Below, in pieces: positions 39,515 to 48,553 of a stretch of 64,000 nucleotides of DNA (its first letter is position 1; every line of letters begins with the position of its first letter). A model generated the notes under the pieces. The model did not search any database, was not told the DNA's origin, and saw only the letters and a list, made by a program, of their open reading frames with translations. Origin of the DNA: an uncultured Chthonomonadaceae bacterium (GTDB lineage: Bacteria > Armatimonadota > Chthonomonadetes > Chthonomonadales > Chthonomonadaceae); assembly GCA_963835065.1 (NCBI GenBank), contig CAWIEK010000022.1, positions 1 to 64,000 of the forward strand, read 5' to 3'. The position numbers and the translations under genes were made by a program.

Positions 39515-39856
39515 ATGAACGAAATGGCTTATGATACGGAACTGACCGCCGGGGATGTGTACGATCAGTTGTGCGAACAGGTGGCGGCGGCGCGAACGCG
39601 GGCCTTAATGGGCGAACGCGCCGAAGCCCTGCGCCTGTTCCAAACGGCTTCGCTGGAATACGAGCGGTTCCGCGACGCGCTGCAAGGCTTGCCGCTTCAT
39701 GCGCTGGAACACGACTTTACAGTCACGCGCCAGATTTTGAGCGTGGATCGCTGCCTGTCGGAATTAGCGCCGGTTGGCCCGACGGAATTGGTTCCCGTTC
39801 TCGCGGCGGAACAGTCTCGCCCGCGCAGCCGCAAGCGTACCGCCAAAGCCGCTTAA
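39515..39856 (+). CDS. Hypothetical helical protein divergent from the sigma gene
   Basis: GAGGA RBS; clean ORF with GC-rich codon usage. Confidence 0.6.
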   Translation: MNEMAYDTELTAGDVYDQLCEQVAAARTRALMGERAEALRLFQTASLEYERFRDALQGLPLHALEHDFTVTRQILSVDRCLSELAPVGPTELVPVLAAEQSRPRSRKRTAKAA

Positions 39857-39979
39857 AAATAAATCGGCGGCATGTGCAAAAATATCCGCGTCCGGCGCAA
39901 CTAAACGGTTCGGGCGGCTGTCAGGAAAGGTGTAAGCGCGTTTTCTGTCGAAACAGAAAGCGCAAATTACGCCGACCTC

Positions 39980-40008
39980 TTGACGCCGCGCCGGTTCCGT
40001 GCTATAGT
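39980..40008 (+). promoter_or_regulatory. Sigma-70 promoter
   Basis: TTGACG-N17-TATAGT. Confidence 0.75.
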
Positions 40009-40063
40009 ATAGGTGTTCTGCCCGTCAATATAACAAATACTTTTCTTCAGAGTGGTAGTGTAT

Positions 40064-40744
40064 ATGAAGGTAGATGCTCGTAAACAAGCGTGCGTAATGA
40101 GAACAGAGAACGGCGCATCTATAGGCGAAATTGCCATAAGTCTGAGTGTTTCAAAAAGCACAGTTAGCCGTTGGGTTAAAGACATTTGCTTGACGGAAGA
40201 ACAGTTGCAAAAACTATCAGAACGTAATCCAATTTATAATAATCAAGTTCGTGGCAGTAATTGTTTGAAGCAAAGCAGTAAAGTTGTTCGGCAACAGTAT
40301 CAAGAGGAGGGGCGGCAACGTGCCCGACGCGCCAATCCACTGCATTTAGCTGGATGCATGCTGTATTGGGCTGAAGGTAGTAAAAGCCGCAACGTTCTGA
40401 CGTTCACGAATTCTGATCCTGATATGGTTTCGTTTTTCGTGCGCTTCCTTCGATGCTGTTATGATCTTACAGAAAGTGATATAACGGTTTGTGTAAACTG
40501 CTTTGATGATTGTCACTCTGCTGAAGACATTGAGCGGTTCTGGCTAGAAAAGTTGAGTTTGCCTGTTGAATGTTTGCGTAAAACAACACTGAACTACCAC
40601 TCAAGCTATTCACAAAAGAAGCGTTGCAATACGTTAGCTTATGGCACTTGCAGAATAAATGTTTGTCGAACTCACATAGTCCAGAGCATCTACGGCGCAC
40701 TTGCAGAGTACGTCGGCTTAGATGCAGCAAAATGGTTAGAATAG
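40064..40744 (+). CDS. HTH + LAGLIDADG-like domain protein directly upstream of tRNAs
   Basis: SIGEIAISLSVSKSTVSRW, then AGCMLYWAEGSK...FTNSDPDMVSFFVRFLR. Confidence 0.7.
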   Translation: MKVDARKQACVMRTENGASIGEIAISLSVSKSTVSRWVKDICLTEEQLQKLSERNPIYNNQVRGSNCLKQSSKVVRQQYQEEGRQRARRANPLHLAGCMLYWAEGSKSRNVLTFTNSDPDMVSFFVRFLRCCYDLTESDITVCVNCFDDCHSAEDIERFWLEKLSLPVECLRKTTLNYHSSYSQKKRCNTLAYGTCRINVCRTHIVQSIYGALAEYVGLDAAKWLE

Positions 40745-40753
40745 TTACACAGC

Positions 40754-40824
40754 GCGGGAGTAGCATAATGGTAATGCACTTGCCTTCCAAGCAAGCCACG
40801 CGGGTCCGATTCCCGTCTCCCGCT
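40754..40824 (+). tRNA. tRNA-Gly(TCC)
   Basis: Acceptor stem gcgggag/ctcccgc; anticodon arm cttgc-ctTCCaa-gcaag; atypical T-loop tccgatt. Confidence 0.88.
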
Positions 40825-40859
40825 TTTTCATTTACTTCGTTGTTTACTTATGTTTTTAC

Positions 40860-40933
40860 GCGCCCGTAGCTCAGTGGATCAGAGTATCCGGCTTCTACCC
40901 GGTTTGTCGGGGGTTCGAGTCCCTCCGGGCGCA
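40860..40933 (+). tRNA. tRNA-Arg(TCT)
   Basis: Acceptor stem gcgcccg/cgggcgc; anticodon loop ctTCTac; ggttcgag T-arm. Confidence 0.9.
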
Positions 40934-40946
40934 TTGAAGTTTTTTC

Positions 40947-40975
40947 TTGACAGATAGCGTAAATTATGGCATACT
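40947..40975 (+). promoter_or_regulatory. Sigma-70 promoter for tRNA-His
   Basis: TTGACA-N17-CATACT. Confidence 0.65.
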
Positions 40976-40987
40976 GTTGGTGTTTAT

Positions 40988-41062
40988 GGCGATTTTAGTT
41001 CAGTTGGTTAGAACGCCTGTTTGTGGAGCAGGAGGTCACCGGTTCAAATCCGGTAAGTCGCC
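40988..41062 (+). tRNA. tRNA-His(GTG)
   Basis: G-1/C73 pair; anticodon arm cctgt-ttGTGga-gcagg; ggttcaaatcc T-arm. Confidence 0.92.
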
Positions 41063-41091
41063 CTTATCTGTAAATTGTAAGTAAACGAGGC

Positions 41092-41478
41092 TTATAGTGA
41101 AAAACTATAAGCCTCGTTTGTTATGCGGTCTGTGGCGACATTTGCCATATCGTAATCAACCATGTTACGCTTACGTCGGCACGTATCAAAATAAGCAGCC
41201 AGCGCTGTCATACTGGACCCCATTGCCAGTTCGACAGCCTCAAAAGTGGTTTGATGATGCCCTATTCCGGTGACGCGGTAGCCTTTGCAGGCGAGAACCA
41301 TTTTGGCGATTTGCAGCACGGCGTTGTAGGCAGTGGCAAAGCGGCGGTCCGCGGAAAGATCGGGAATAACCGCATCCGCCAGATCACGCGCCACTACCGC
41401 CCGAAGCGCGGTCAGTTCCGCTAAACTGGTGACATGCGTTCTCACTTTTTTGTCGGCTAAGAGCTGTGACCAACTCAT
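41092..41478 (-). CDS. HEPN-domain toxin, possibly C-terminally truncated
   Basis: RRFATAYNAVL, GHHQTTF and CRRKRNMVDYD. Confidence 0.8.
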   Translation of the reverse strand: MSWSQLLADKKVRTHVTSLAELTALRAVVARDLADAVIPDLSADRRFATAYNAVLQIAKMVLACKGYRVTGIGHHQTTFEAVELAMGSSMTALAAYFDTCRRKRNMVDYDMANVATDRITNEAYSFSL

Positions 41479-42052
41479 CTTCGCTTCCTTTTAAGTAGAT
41501 TTTGGCTGCGTTCAAAACGGTGGTAACGAAGTGATTGCCTTCCTCCGCTTTATGCGCAAACTCCTGCCAGGTGAACAGCGTGGGATTGACCGGACGCCGC
41601 AGTTGCTTTTCCGCTTCACGTAAGGCCGGGGCTAACTCCACGAGGCGCAACTCTCCGATAAGCATCAGGTCAATGTCACTGGCGGACGTTTCCTCATTTC
41701 GCGCGAACGAGCCATAAACGAAGGCAAATTCCGTTTGCGTCCAATAAGGTTGAAGTATCTCCTGTAAAACGTCCGCAACACCAACGGTTTTTATAAGCAA
41801 CCCGCGCAGTTCCGGCAGTATAGGGCACTGAGCGTCGGGTTGGTAGTAAACCCTGTTGCCGTCCCGACGACTTACAAGTATGCCTGCTTCCACCAGGGAG
41901 AACAATTCCCGTTGCAAACTTGACGGCGTGACATGCAGATAATGCGTCAGGTCGCTCATGTACCACCAGCGCTCAGGATGCAAAATGGTGGCTGCAAGAA
42001 CAGATTGGCGCGTCTTCGGCATCAAACTATCCAAAAGGAGGGTTGTACGCAT
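41384..42052 (-). CDS. wHTH + minimal nucleotidyltransferase (MNT) antitoxin
   Basis: SSLQRELFSLVEAGIL (wHTH) and VYGSFARNEETSASDIDLMLIG (GS-x10-DxD). Confidence 0.88.
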   Translation of the reverse strand: MRTTLLLDSLMPKTRQSVLAATILHPERWWYMSDLTHYLHVTPSSLQRELFSLVEAGILVSRRDGNRVYYQPDAQCPILPELRGLLIKTVGVADVLQEILQPYWTQTEFAFVYGSFARNEETSASDIDLMLIGELRLVELAPALREAEKQLRRPVNPTLFTWQEFAHKAEEGNHFVTTVLNAAKIYLKGSEDELVTALSRQKSENACHQFSGTDRASGGSGA

Positions 42053-42082
42053 ATTGCGTACATTATTACGCAAATTGTGTAA
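42044..42082. promoter_or_regulatory. Tandem palindromic operators over the MNT start codon
   Basis: TGTACGCA-tat-TGCGTACA (perfect) followed by TTACGCA-aat-TGTGTAA. Confidence 0.65.
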
Positions 42083-42126
42083 AAGCGCAAGGTGAAGTTT
42101 ATACTTTTCACTCACTTCTGATGGCT

Positions 42127-45100
42127 CTACTCCACATACACAAACTCGTTCAGGCCGAATAAGGTTTGGCAGAAGTCTGTCAGGGCGAGTTGGGATGCGT
42201 TGTTTTGGCCTTGCGCCTGATAGGAAGCGGCTTGCTGCTGTAGAAAGGTGAGCGCGTCGGTCAGTTCCACATTGGAGGGGGCGCGGCTCAGGGCGAGCAG
42301 GTACGCGGCACGGACGGCTTCAGCGGGGGGTGTTTGCTCGGTGGGCGCGGCGCGATTGGCGAACTGCATAGCATACCGGCGCACATTCGGGCTGTTCATC
42401 AGCATCAGGGCTTGCGGGGCAACAGTTGTCACCTGCCGCGCGCCGATGCTTTGCAGCGAATCGGGGCCGTCGAACAGGCGCAGGGTGGGAATCAGGCGGC
42501 TGCGCTTGATGGTGAAATAGATGCTGCGGCGCGTCATACCCTCGTCCAGCGTTCCCGGCCCGAACAGGCTTGCGTCCAGCAGGCCGGCAACACTGAGCAT
42601 ATTGTCGCGGACGATTTCGGCTTCCATGCGCTGACGCGGGTGCCGCCAGACGAGTTTATTATCCGGGTCGAGTTTCAGTTTCTTCGGGTCGGGCAGGGAG
42701 GATTGGCGATACGCCGCGCTGCACAGCATCAGCTTGTGGAGCGGCTTGAGCTGCCAGTTGTTTCTAATCAATTCACTCGCAAGCCAGTCCAGCAGTTCGG
42801 GATGCGTGGGCTTGTCGCCCTGTGTGCCGAAGTCGCTTGGCGTGGAAACGATGCCCCTGCCGAAATGGTGCTGCCACAGCCGGTTGACGATTACGCGCGC
42901 CAATAACCCGCCCGCGCCATTGTCCACATCCGTCATCCAACTGGCGAGCGAACGTCGGCGGTACGAGGTATGCCAGCCCTGCGGCGGCGCGGTTTGCCAG
43001 CGTTTTTCGTCCACGCCGTCGCGCATCAGGACTTGCAGAAACGACTGCGTTGCAATTCCCTGCTTCTGGTTCGGGTCGCCGCGCTTGAGGAAATACGTTT
43101 GCTCCAGAAAGTCGCCGCCCTGCGTGTGCGTCCGAATGGCCGTCACGCCCTCGCTGCACACCATCACTTTTTCGATACGCGGTTTGGGCACAAACGCGAG
43201 ATGCTCCTGTACGGCCTTGTTCCGCGCCTGCCATCCCGCATCCTGCGTTCGATACCAGGCAAGCAGCGCGGCCCGATCCTGTTCCCCAATGGTTTGTCCG
43301 GCATGAAGCGCTGTCAACGCGCTGTCTGCCTGTGAAGGCCGAACGGGCGCGTTCAAGGCAAGCGGGGTTTCCCCATCCGCCAGTGACAGGCGCAACCGCC
43401 CGATATTATGGCCCGTGTTGTTCTCGAATTTGAGCGTAAAGGTCAAAAGCGCGCCGCCTGAGAAATCAATGGGCGCGTCAAAGACAAATGCCGCCGCATG
43501 ATCCTTGCCGAACTGTGGATCAATCGCCCAGGCGGATTTAGGGTCAGCGTCAATTGTGGCGGTAATGGGCAGTCCCTTTTGCTCAAAAGTGGCGCGGGGC
43601 AAACGGAGTTTTACCTCGGTTGCCGCTGCGTTGCCGTCACTCGGCTTTGCCGTCACGCGCAGGTCGGTCAGGGCGAAGTTTCCGTTGGGCGCGCGTCCGG
43701 GTCCGCCTTTCACCAGGGATGGATCCGCCAGCGCTTCCAGCCGAAAACCCGTGATGTGTTTCAGGCCGGCGCGAACCACGATGGTATACGTATCGAAGTC
43801 GGGGTTTTTGCCCGTTGCCAGCAGGGAACCGTCCGGCTGTGGAACGAACGCCGCGCCCCCGGCGGAATTGGCGCTGACCGTTTCCGGCAAATGCCAGGCA
43901 ATCGGCAGGTTTTTACTCGCGGGGCTTTTGATCCACGCTTCCAGCTTTTGCGGCAACTGTTCGCGTTCGTAGCGCGTCAAGTCTGCGGCAAGCGGGGCGT
44001 GTTCCTGATCGAACTTGGTTTTCGCCTGCTTGTAACCTTCCGGGTCCATGTCCACATCCATGTCGCTGCGAACGGTCGTGGTGAAGGTGGACAGCAGGCG
44101 GTAATAATCCTGATTGGGAATGGGGTCGTACTTGTGGTTGTGGCAGCGGGCGCAGCCGACAGTCAGGCCGAGCATGGCAACGCCCGTCGTCGCCGTCATG
44201 TCGTCAAGTTCGTCGTAGCGCTCTTTTTCCACCTGATTTTTCGTGATCTGTGTGGCGTGCGTACCCGCGCCGAGAAAGCCGGTCGCCATCAATGCTAGCG
44301 GGTTTTCGGGCGCGATTTCATCCCCGGCAAGCTGCCACTGCACGAATTGATTGTACGGCATATCCGCGTTAAGCGCCTTGATGACAAAATCGCGGTAGTG
44401 GTAGGCATACGGGCGGTCATAATCCTGCTCGTAACCGTGACTTTCGGCAAAGCGGGCCAAATCCAGCCAGTGCCGCCCCCAGCGTTCGCCATAGTGCGGG
44501 CTTGCCAGCAGGCGATCCACCATCCGCTCGTAAGCGTCAGGGGTTGTGTCACCCACAAACGCCTGTACCTCTTCGGGCGTGGGCGGCAGGCCAATCACAT
44601 CAAAATAGGCGCGGCGAATCAGCGTCCGCTTATCGGCCTGCGAGTTGGGCGCAATGCCTGTTGTCTCTAATTTACTGAGAACAAAGCGGTCTATAGGATT
44701 GCGACACCAGCCGGAATTTTTAACGGATGGCGCAGGCGTTCGCTTCAAGGGCTGAAACGCCCAATGTCTGCGTCCTGCCGTAAGGTCCATGCCGCTCGCC
44801 GCAGCCGGAGGGTTCGCGCCCGGAGTTTTGCCGTTTGCAGCCTTGTCGCCTGCGCGGGGGTCGGGAGCGCCGCGCTTCACCCACTCCGCTAATAGCGCGA
44901 TTTCCTTTTCCGATAATTTCCCCGTCGGCGGCATGGCGGCAACACCGGGCTTGTGCTGCACGGCCTGTAGAAGCCGGCTTTTCTCCGGTTCCCCCGGCAC
45001 AATCACCGCCCCATTCGCGCCCCCCTGCATCCATCCCGCCCGCGTGTCCAAACGCAAGCCGCCCTGCGGCGTAGTGCGTTTTGGCGGAATGGCAGGCATA

Positions 45101-45246
45101 GCACTTTTCCGCCAAAAGCGGACGAATGTTCTGCTCAAAGAAATTGGCGCATTTTGTGGCTCAAGGGGCGCGTTCTGCGGAACAGCTGTAGTTGAGACTG
45201 TCAACAGCAACGCAGATGTTGTAAACAGGAGTGAAGTTAATTTCAT
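42127..45246 (-). CDS. Planctomycete cytochrome c + DUF1549/DUF1553 (PSD1) protein; compensating frameshifts near the N-terminal heme motif
   Basis: HWAFQP, YGERWGRHWLDLARF, CARCHNHKYDPI, VNRLWQHHFGRG, THPELLDWLA; KCYACH lies in the alternative frame near 45100. Confidence 0.92.
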   Translation of the reverse strand: MKLTSLLFTTSALLLTVSTTAVPQNAPLEPQNAPISLSRTFVRFWRKSAMPAIPPKRTTPQGGLRLDTRAGWMQGGANGAVIVPGEPEKSRLLQAVQHKPGVAAMPPTGKLSEKEIALLAEWVKRGAPDPRAGDKAANGKTPGANPPAAASGMDLTAGRRHWAFQPLKRTPAPSVKNSGWCRNPIDRFVLSKLETTGIAPNSQADKRTLIRRAYFDVIGLPPTPEEVQAFVGDTTPDAYERMVDRLLASPHYGERWGRHWLDLARFAESHGYEQDYDRPYAYHYRDFVIKALNADMPYNQFVQWQLAGDEIAPENPLALMATGFLGAGTHATQITKNQVEKERYDELDDMTATTGVAMLGLTVGCARCHNHKYDPIPNQDYYRLLSTFTTTVRSDMDVDMDPEGYKQAKTKFDQEHAPLAADLTRYEREQLPQKLEAWIKSPASKNLPIAWHLPETVSANSAGGAAFVPQPDGSLLATGKNPDFDTYTIVVRAGLKHITGFRLEALADPSLVKGGPGRAPNGNFALTDLRVTAKPSDGNAAATEVKLRLPRATFEQKGLPITATIDADPKSAWAIDPQFGKDHAAAFVFDAPIDFSGGALLTFTLKFENNTGHNIGRLRLSLADGETPLALNAPVRPSQADSALTALHAGQTIGEQDRAALLAWYRTQDAGWQARNKAVQEHLAFVPKPRIEKVMVCSEGVTAIRTHTQGGDFLEQTYFLKRGDPNQKQGIATQSFLQVLMRDGVDEKRWQTAPPQGWHTSYRRRSLASWMTDVDNGAGGLLARVIVNRLWQHHFGRGIVSTPSDFGTQGDKPTHPELLDWLASELIRNNWQLKPLHKLMLCSAAYRQSSLPDPKKLKLDPDNKLVWRHPRQRMEAEIVRDNMLSVAGLLDASLFGPGTLDEGMTRRSIYFTIKRSRLIPTLRLFDGPDSLQSIGARQVTTVAPQALMLMNSPNVRRYAMQFANRAAPTEQTPPAEAVRAAYLLALSRAPSNVELTDALTFLQQQAASYQAQGQNNASQLALTDFCQTLFGLNEFVYVE

Positions 45247-45514
45247 TATTCTAGCATTCAGTTCAGGAGATTGCGCCAGCGGATCACACCGTGGAGAATT
45301 TGTGTATCATTGTGTCAGTATATCATAAACCGTTCATAACAGGCGACAGTCAGGCGAATGTGAGGACCGTTCTGAATGTTGAGAGGGCGTGACAGCATGT
45401 AATCGGGGAGGCAGTCACCACATTCATCATGTCAAGAAAGCGCTTGCGTAGCGGGTCACAGTCCGCGCGTAGATTGGACATCTCAAAAACTACGCATGGG
45501 CTACTTCGGGTTAT

Positions 45515-46338
45515 TTATTCTACAGTGAGTTGGAGCAATTCTTCTTCTACTTGATGAATGTCGTGCTGCAGTCGTTCGCTTTGTAATTTCAAAACCACTC
45601 CAGTTGCCGGGTTCAAATTAGTAAGAAGCGCATCATTAACAGCCGTATACTGTTTAAGGAACAGTGAGAGCCGCTCTTGCAGCGCTTTTTGTTGAACTGC
45701 TGAGAGACGTGAAGTTTTTTTGGAAGCTGTAGTGGAAGGCGGAGCAGTAAAAAGGGAACAGGGACTGTTTTGCCAGATATCAGCAATATGTTCCACTGAG
45801 AGAGCTAATCCCGTTTTGCCATCGCCGTAGCGATGACTGACGACTCCGATGACAGCGCCGGATGACTCGTGTATCACCGGCGCTCCACTGTACCCAGGCT
45901 GCAGGTTGAAGGCATCGAGGATGCTTAAGTCCCACGCGCGAACGGTACTGTCCTGATTTGTTGTGACTAATCCAATCTGCCCGCCTAGTGCACTGTGCAA
46001 AGGCGGCAAAGGAACGGCGAAAACTCTGAAATCCCATGCTCAGAAACGTATCGCCCGTTTGGCCGGTGCGCTGCAACCTGAAACACGGCTTTTCTGTCAA
46101 TCCCTCCACGCGCAGAACAGCCAGGTCGGGGAAGCCGTCTTGACCTATGGCGACTATGGTGGCGGGTAGTCCCGCCACCTTTATCTGTGTTTCACCACCG
46201 ACCGCCGCGATGACATGGGCACAAGTTACAATATAGGTCGCCTGCCCATCATGGCAGACGAGGAAACCCGTGCCGAATCCGTGCGATTTGGCTTCCTGGC
46301 TGCCAATAAACGAAAGAGGAGAAAAAGTCAGGCTTCAT
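45515..46338 (-). CDS. Trypsin-like serine protease with a C-terminal EAD9-like helical domain; frameshifted
   Basis: GTGFLV, VTCAHV, PDLAVL and PGYSGAPV across frames; C-terminal KALQERL...QYTAVNDAL...LKLQSERLQHDIHQVEEEL. Confidence 0.8.
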
Positions 46339-46374
46339 AATAATGTTTCCGGCAGCTTTGCGTAACAGGGTGGC

Positions 46375-46691
46375 TTATGGTATTGACAGGGGTTTGATAA
46401 TGAGCTTGACTTTCAAGTTGGCTCCTGCCTTTGACTTTGTTACATACAGATTTCCATCCAATCGAAGATCAAGTTAAATTCGACTTCGGCTTGTTCAATA
46501 TGCATCTCCTTGTTGAGTTCGTTCCAGGTGTTGATGATGGGGCGGCAAATTTTGATCAGGGCAGGACGGATAGCATCAACAGTTTCGTCTATTTTGGTAG
46601 CGAAACCTCCCGCCACGGGCGTTGCCTGATCGTCAGGAACATCAACCTCTACCAGAGTGTCGTCTTGCAGGCGAATCAGTGTGACAGCCAT
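46375..46691 (-). CDS. Trypsin-co-occurring domain protein (Trypco1/CU044_2847-like); frameshifted near the 3' end
   Basis: DTLVEVDV, IEQAEVEFNL and ANLKVKL; lies directly upstream of the trypsin gene. Confidence 0.72.
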
Positions 46692-46714
46692 TAACTTCTC
46701 CTTGAAGGCAGCGC

Positions 46715-48496
46715 TTACTTGCCGCCTTTTGCGGTGGGAATTTGCGTGGACGGTTTCATAGCAATATCTTCCGCCCATTTTGCCGGTAAAAACGTGAGCG
46801 TGTCAAAAGATACAAAAAGATTGCCCTGCGAAAGCAATGTCGTGTATCCAGGATGCTGTTGCGGTTCCAAAAACACGTAGGGCACGTCTATTAGGAATCC
46901 CAGGTCATTCGTCCCGGATAATGCGAACGTTTGTGGGGTTGCCGAAGACAAGTCGGGACGAAAGCCATAGTCTATCGCAAGATTTTGCATGGGCTTAGAA
47001 AGCAGGAACCCGATGAAGGCATCTGTAGACTGGCGTGTTGATACGGACCAATCTCCATAAAGGCTGGCAGCCGAGATAGGTACATCCAGTGTAGGATTAG
47101 GATAAACGACGCGCAAGTTGACGTTATCATGGCTTTTAAAATACATAAAAGCATCGGATTTATAGCCGATAACGACATCTGCCATTCCCGCGTTTTGCCC
47201 CGCGCTATTCGCCGCAAACGGGGTATTGACCTGAGCGTTGTCTGTTACATTGGCGAAATCCTGTATGAATTGCAGTAGCCCCTTATCTTTGAAGGTAACG
47301 CCAGGATGTCGGCGCTCGTATTCGGATACTATCAGCACAAGCGCAGCAAGACCTGCGTGAAATTTGACGGGATCGGCCATGAAGATATGGCATGGTTGAC
47401 CGGCATAGATCGGATCAATTACTTTCCATGTGTTCAGAACAATATCGTGAAGCAACTGCCATGTGTTGCCCTGATACTGTGATTCAACCATCTGGTTGAA
47501 TTTCTCTGCCCGGTCAGCAGGCACAACCAATACGAGACGCGAATGGAGAAGCGTTCGAGCGCTGCTTAGATTGACAATATCTATGGGCTGATTGAGTACT
47601 TTGGGATCTCTCCAGTCCCTATTTAATTTGCCGATCCAGTAGTTATCGTCCGGGCAGTAAAGCGCGGGACGCCCCTGGGTCTGGTAGCTGAGACCCTTTC
47701 CACTGTGAGTGATGATGTTTTCTTTATAGAGAATGCATTGCTTGCCATCTCGTGAGCCATAGGGTACAATGCTGCCGGGCAATTGCTGCCCCATATTCCG
47801 AAAACTATCCGCAGCCTGCTCCATCCACGCTTGCGAACTATCCGAGCAGAAGGCCAGTGGGTTCGTTTCTACATGAACTACGCTGTCTGTCGCATAGTTC
47901 GCCGGAATAACTGGCGTGGGAGGCTCATGCGAGACTCCCAGCACCAGCAAAATGCTGCAAACTGCAGAAAACAGGATAAATAAGTGTGTATAGGTGTTGT
48001 TGGAAACACCGGTTTTAGTATGAGTGGATATCCCGGGTGGGTACGGTAATTCACCTCCCGGCGGCGGAATTGATTTTCGGGTAGCGAGTTCCCGATGTAT
48101 AGCGTCCTGCAAGGATTCTGCATTTAGAATAGAAGGACATATCGCTGCATTAGGACACGCAGAAACGAACATGTCAACTTTATTCAGAACCTCTTTAATA
48201 GTCAACGTACCTGCATCTGTTTTTATACTTAGTGTGGCGACGAATCGTTGTTTCAAATCGTCGTATTCCATCTCATCTTGAAGCAACAATTCATCAAGAC
48301 GTGCCTGTTCGGACTTGATTTGTTCCTCGAATTCTGTTATTTGGGCGGACAATGTTTCTATGACAACAGCGTCAGTAGACAGCAGGCGTCTACTATATAA
48401 TTTAGTCAATACTCTTAATTTGAACTCAAGAGATTGATGTAGATTATGTTTTTCATGCTCTCGTTGTTGATATGAAGTGTTCCGTAACATGGTCAT
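46715..48496 (-). CDS. Cytoplasmic coiled-coil (EAD9-like) domain + single TM + extracytoplasmic solute-binding-like domain
   Basis: N-terminal LTKLYSRRLLSTDAVVIETLSAQITEFEEQI; TM LFILFSAVCSILLVLGV; SBP-like SRLVLVVP, MADPVKFHAG, VVYPNPT and FIGFLLSKPMQNLAIDYGFRP. Confidence 0.7.
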   Translation of the reverse strand: MTMLRNTSYQQREHEKHNLHQSLEFKLRVLTKLYSRRLLSTDAVVIETLSAQITEFEEQIKSEQARLDELLLQDEMEYDDLKQRFVATLSIKTDAGTLTIKEVLNKVDMFVSACPNAAICPSILNAESLQDAIHRELATRKSIPPPGGELPYPPGISTHTKTGVSNNTYTHLFILFSAVCSILLVLGVSHEPPTPVIPANYATDSVVHVETNPLAFCSDSSQAWMEQAADSFRNMGQQLPGSIVPYGSRDGKQCILYKENIITHSGKGLSYQTQGRPALYCPDDNYWIGKLNRDWRDPKVLNQPIDIVNLSSARTLLHSRLVLVVPADRAEKFNQMVESQYQGNTWQLLHDIVLNTWKVIDPIYAGQPCHIFMADPVKFHAGLAALVLIVSEYERRHPGVTFKDKGLLQFIQDFANVTDNAQVNTPFAANSAGQNAGMADVVIGYKSDAFMYFKSHDNVNLRVVYPNPTLDVPISAASLYGDWSVSTRQSTDAFIGFLLSKPMQNLAIDYGFRPDLSSATPQTFALSGTNDLGFLIDVPYVFLEPQQHPGYTTLLSQGNLFVSFDTLTFLPAKWAEDIAMKPSTQIPTAKGGK

Positions 48497-48553
48497 TTCC
48501 AAGACGCGCTTCGCATGCGTTACAGTTGATTGGCGAATGAAGGCATTGCTGTC

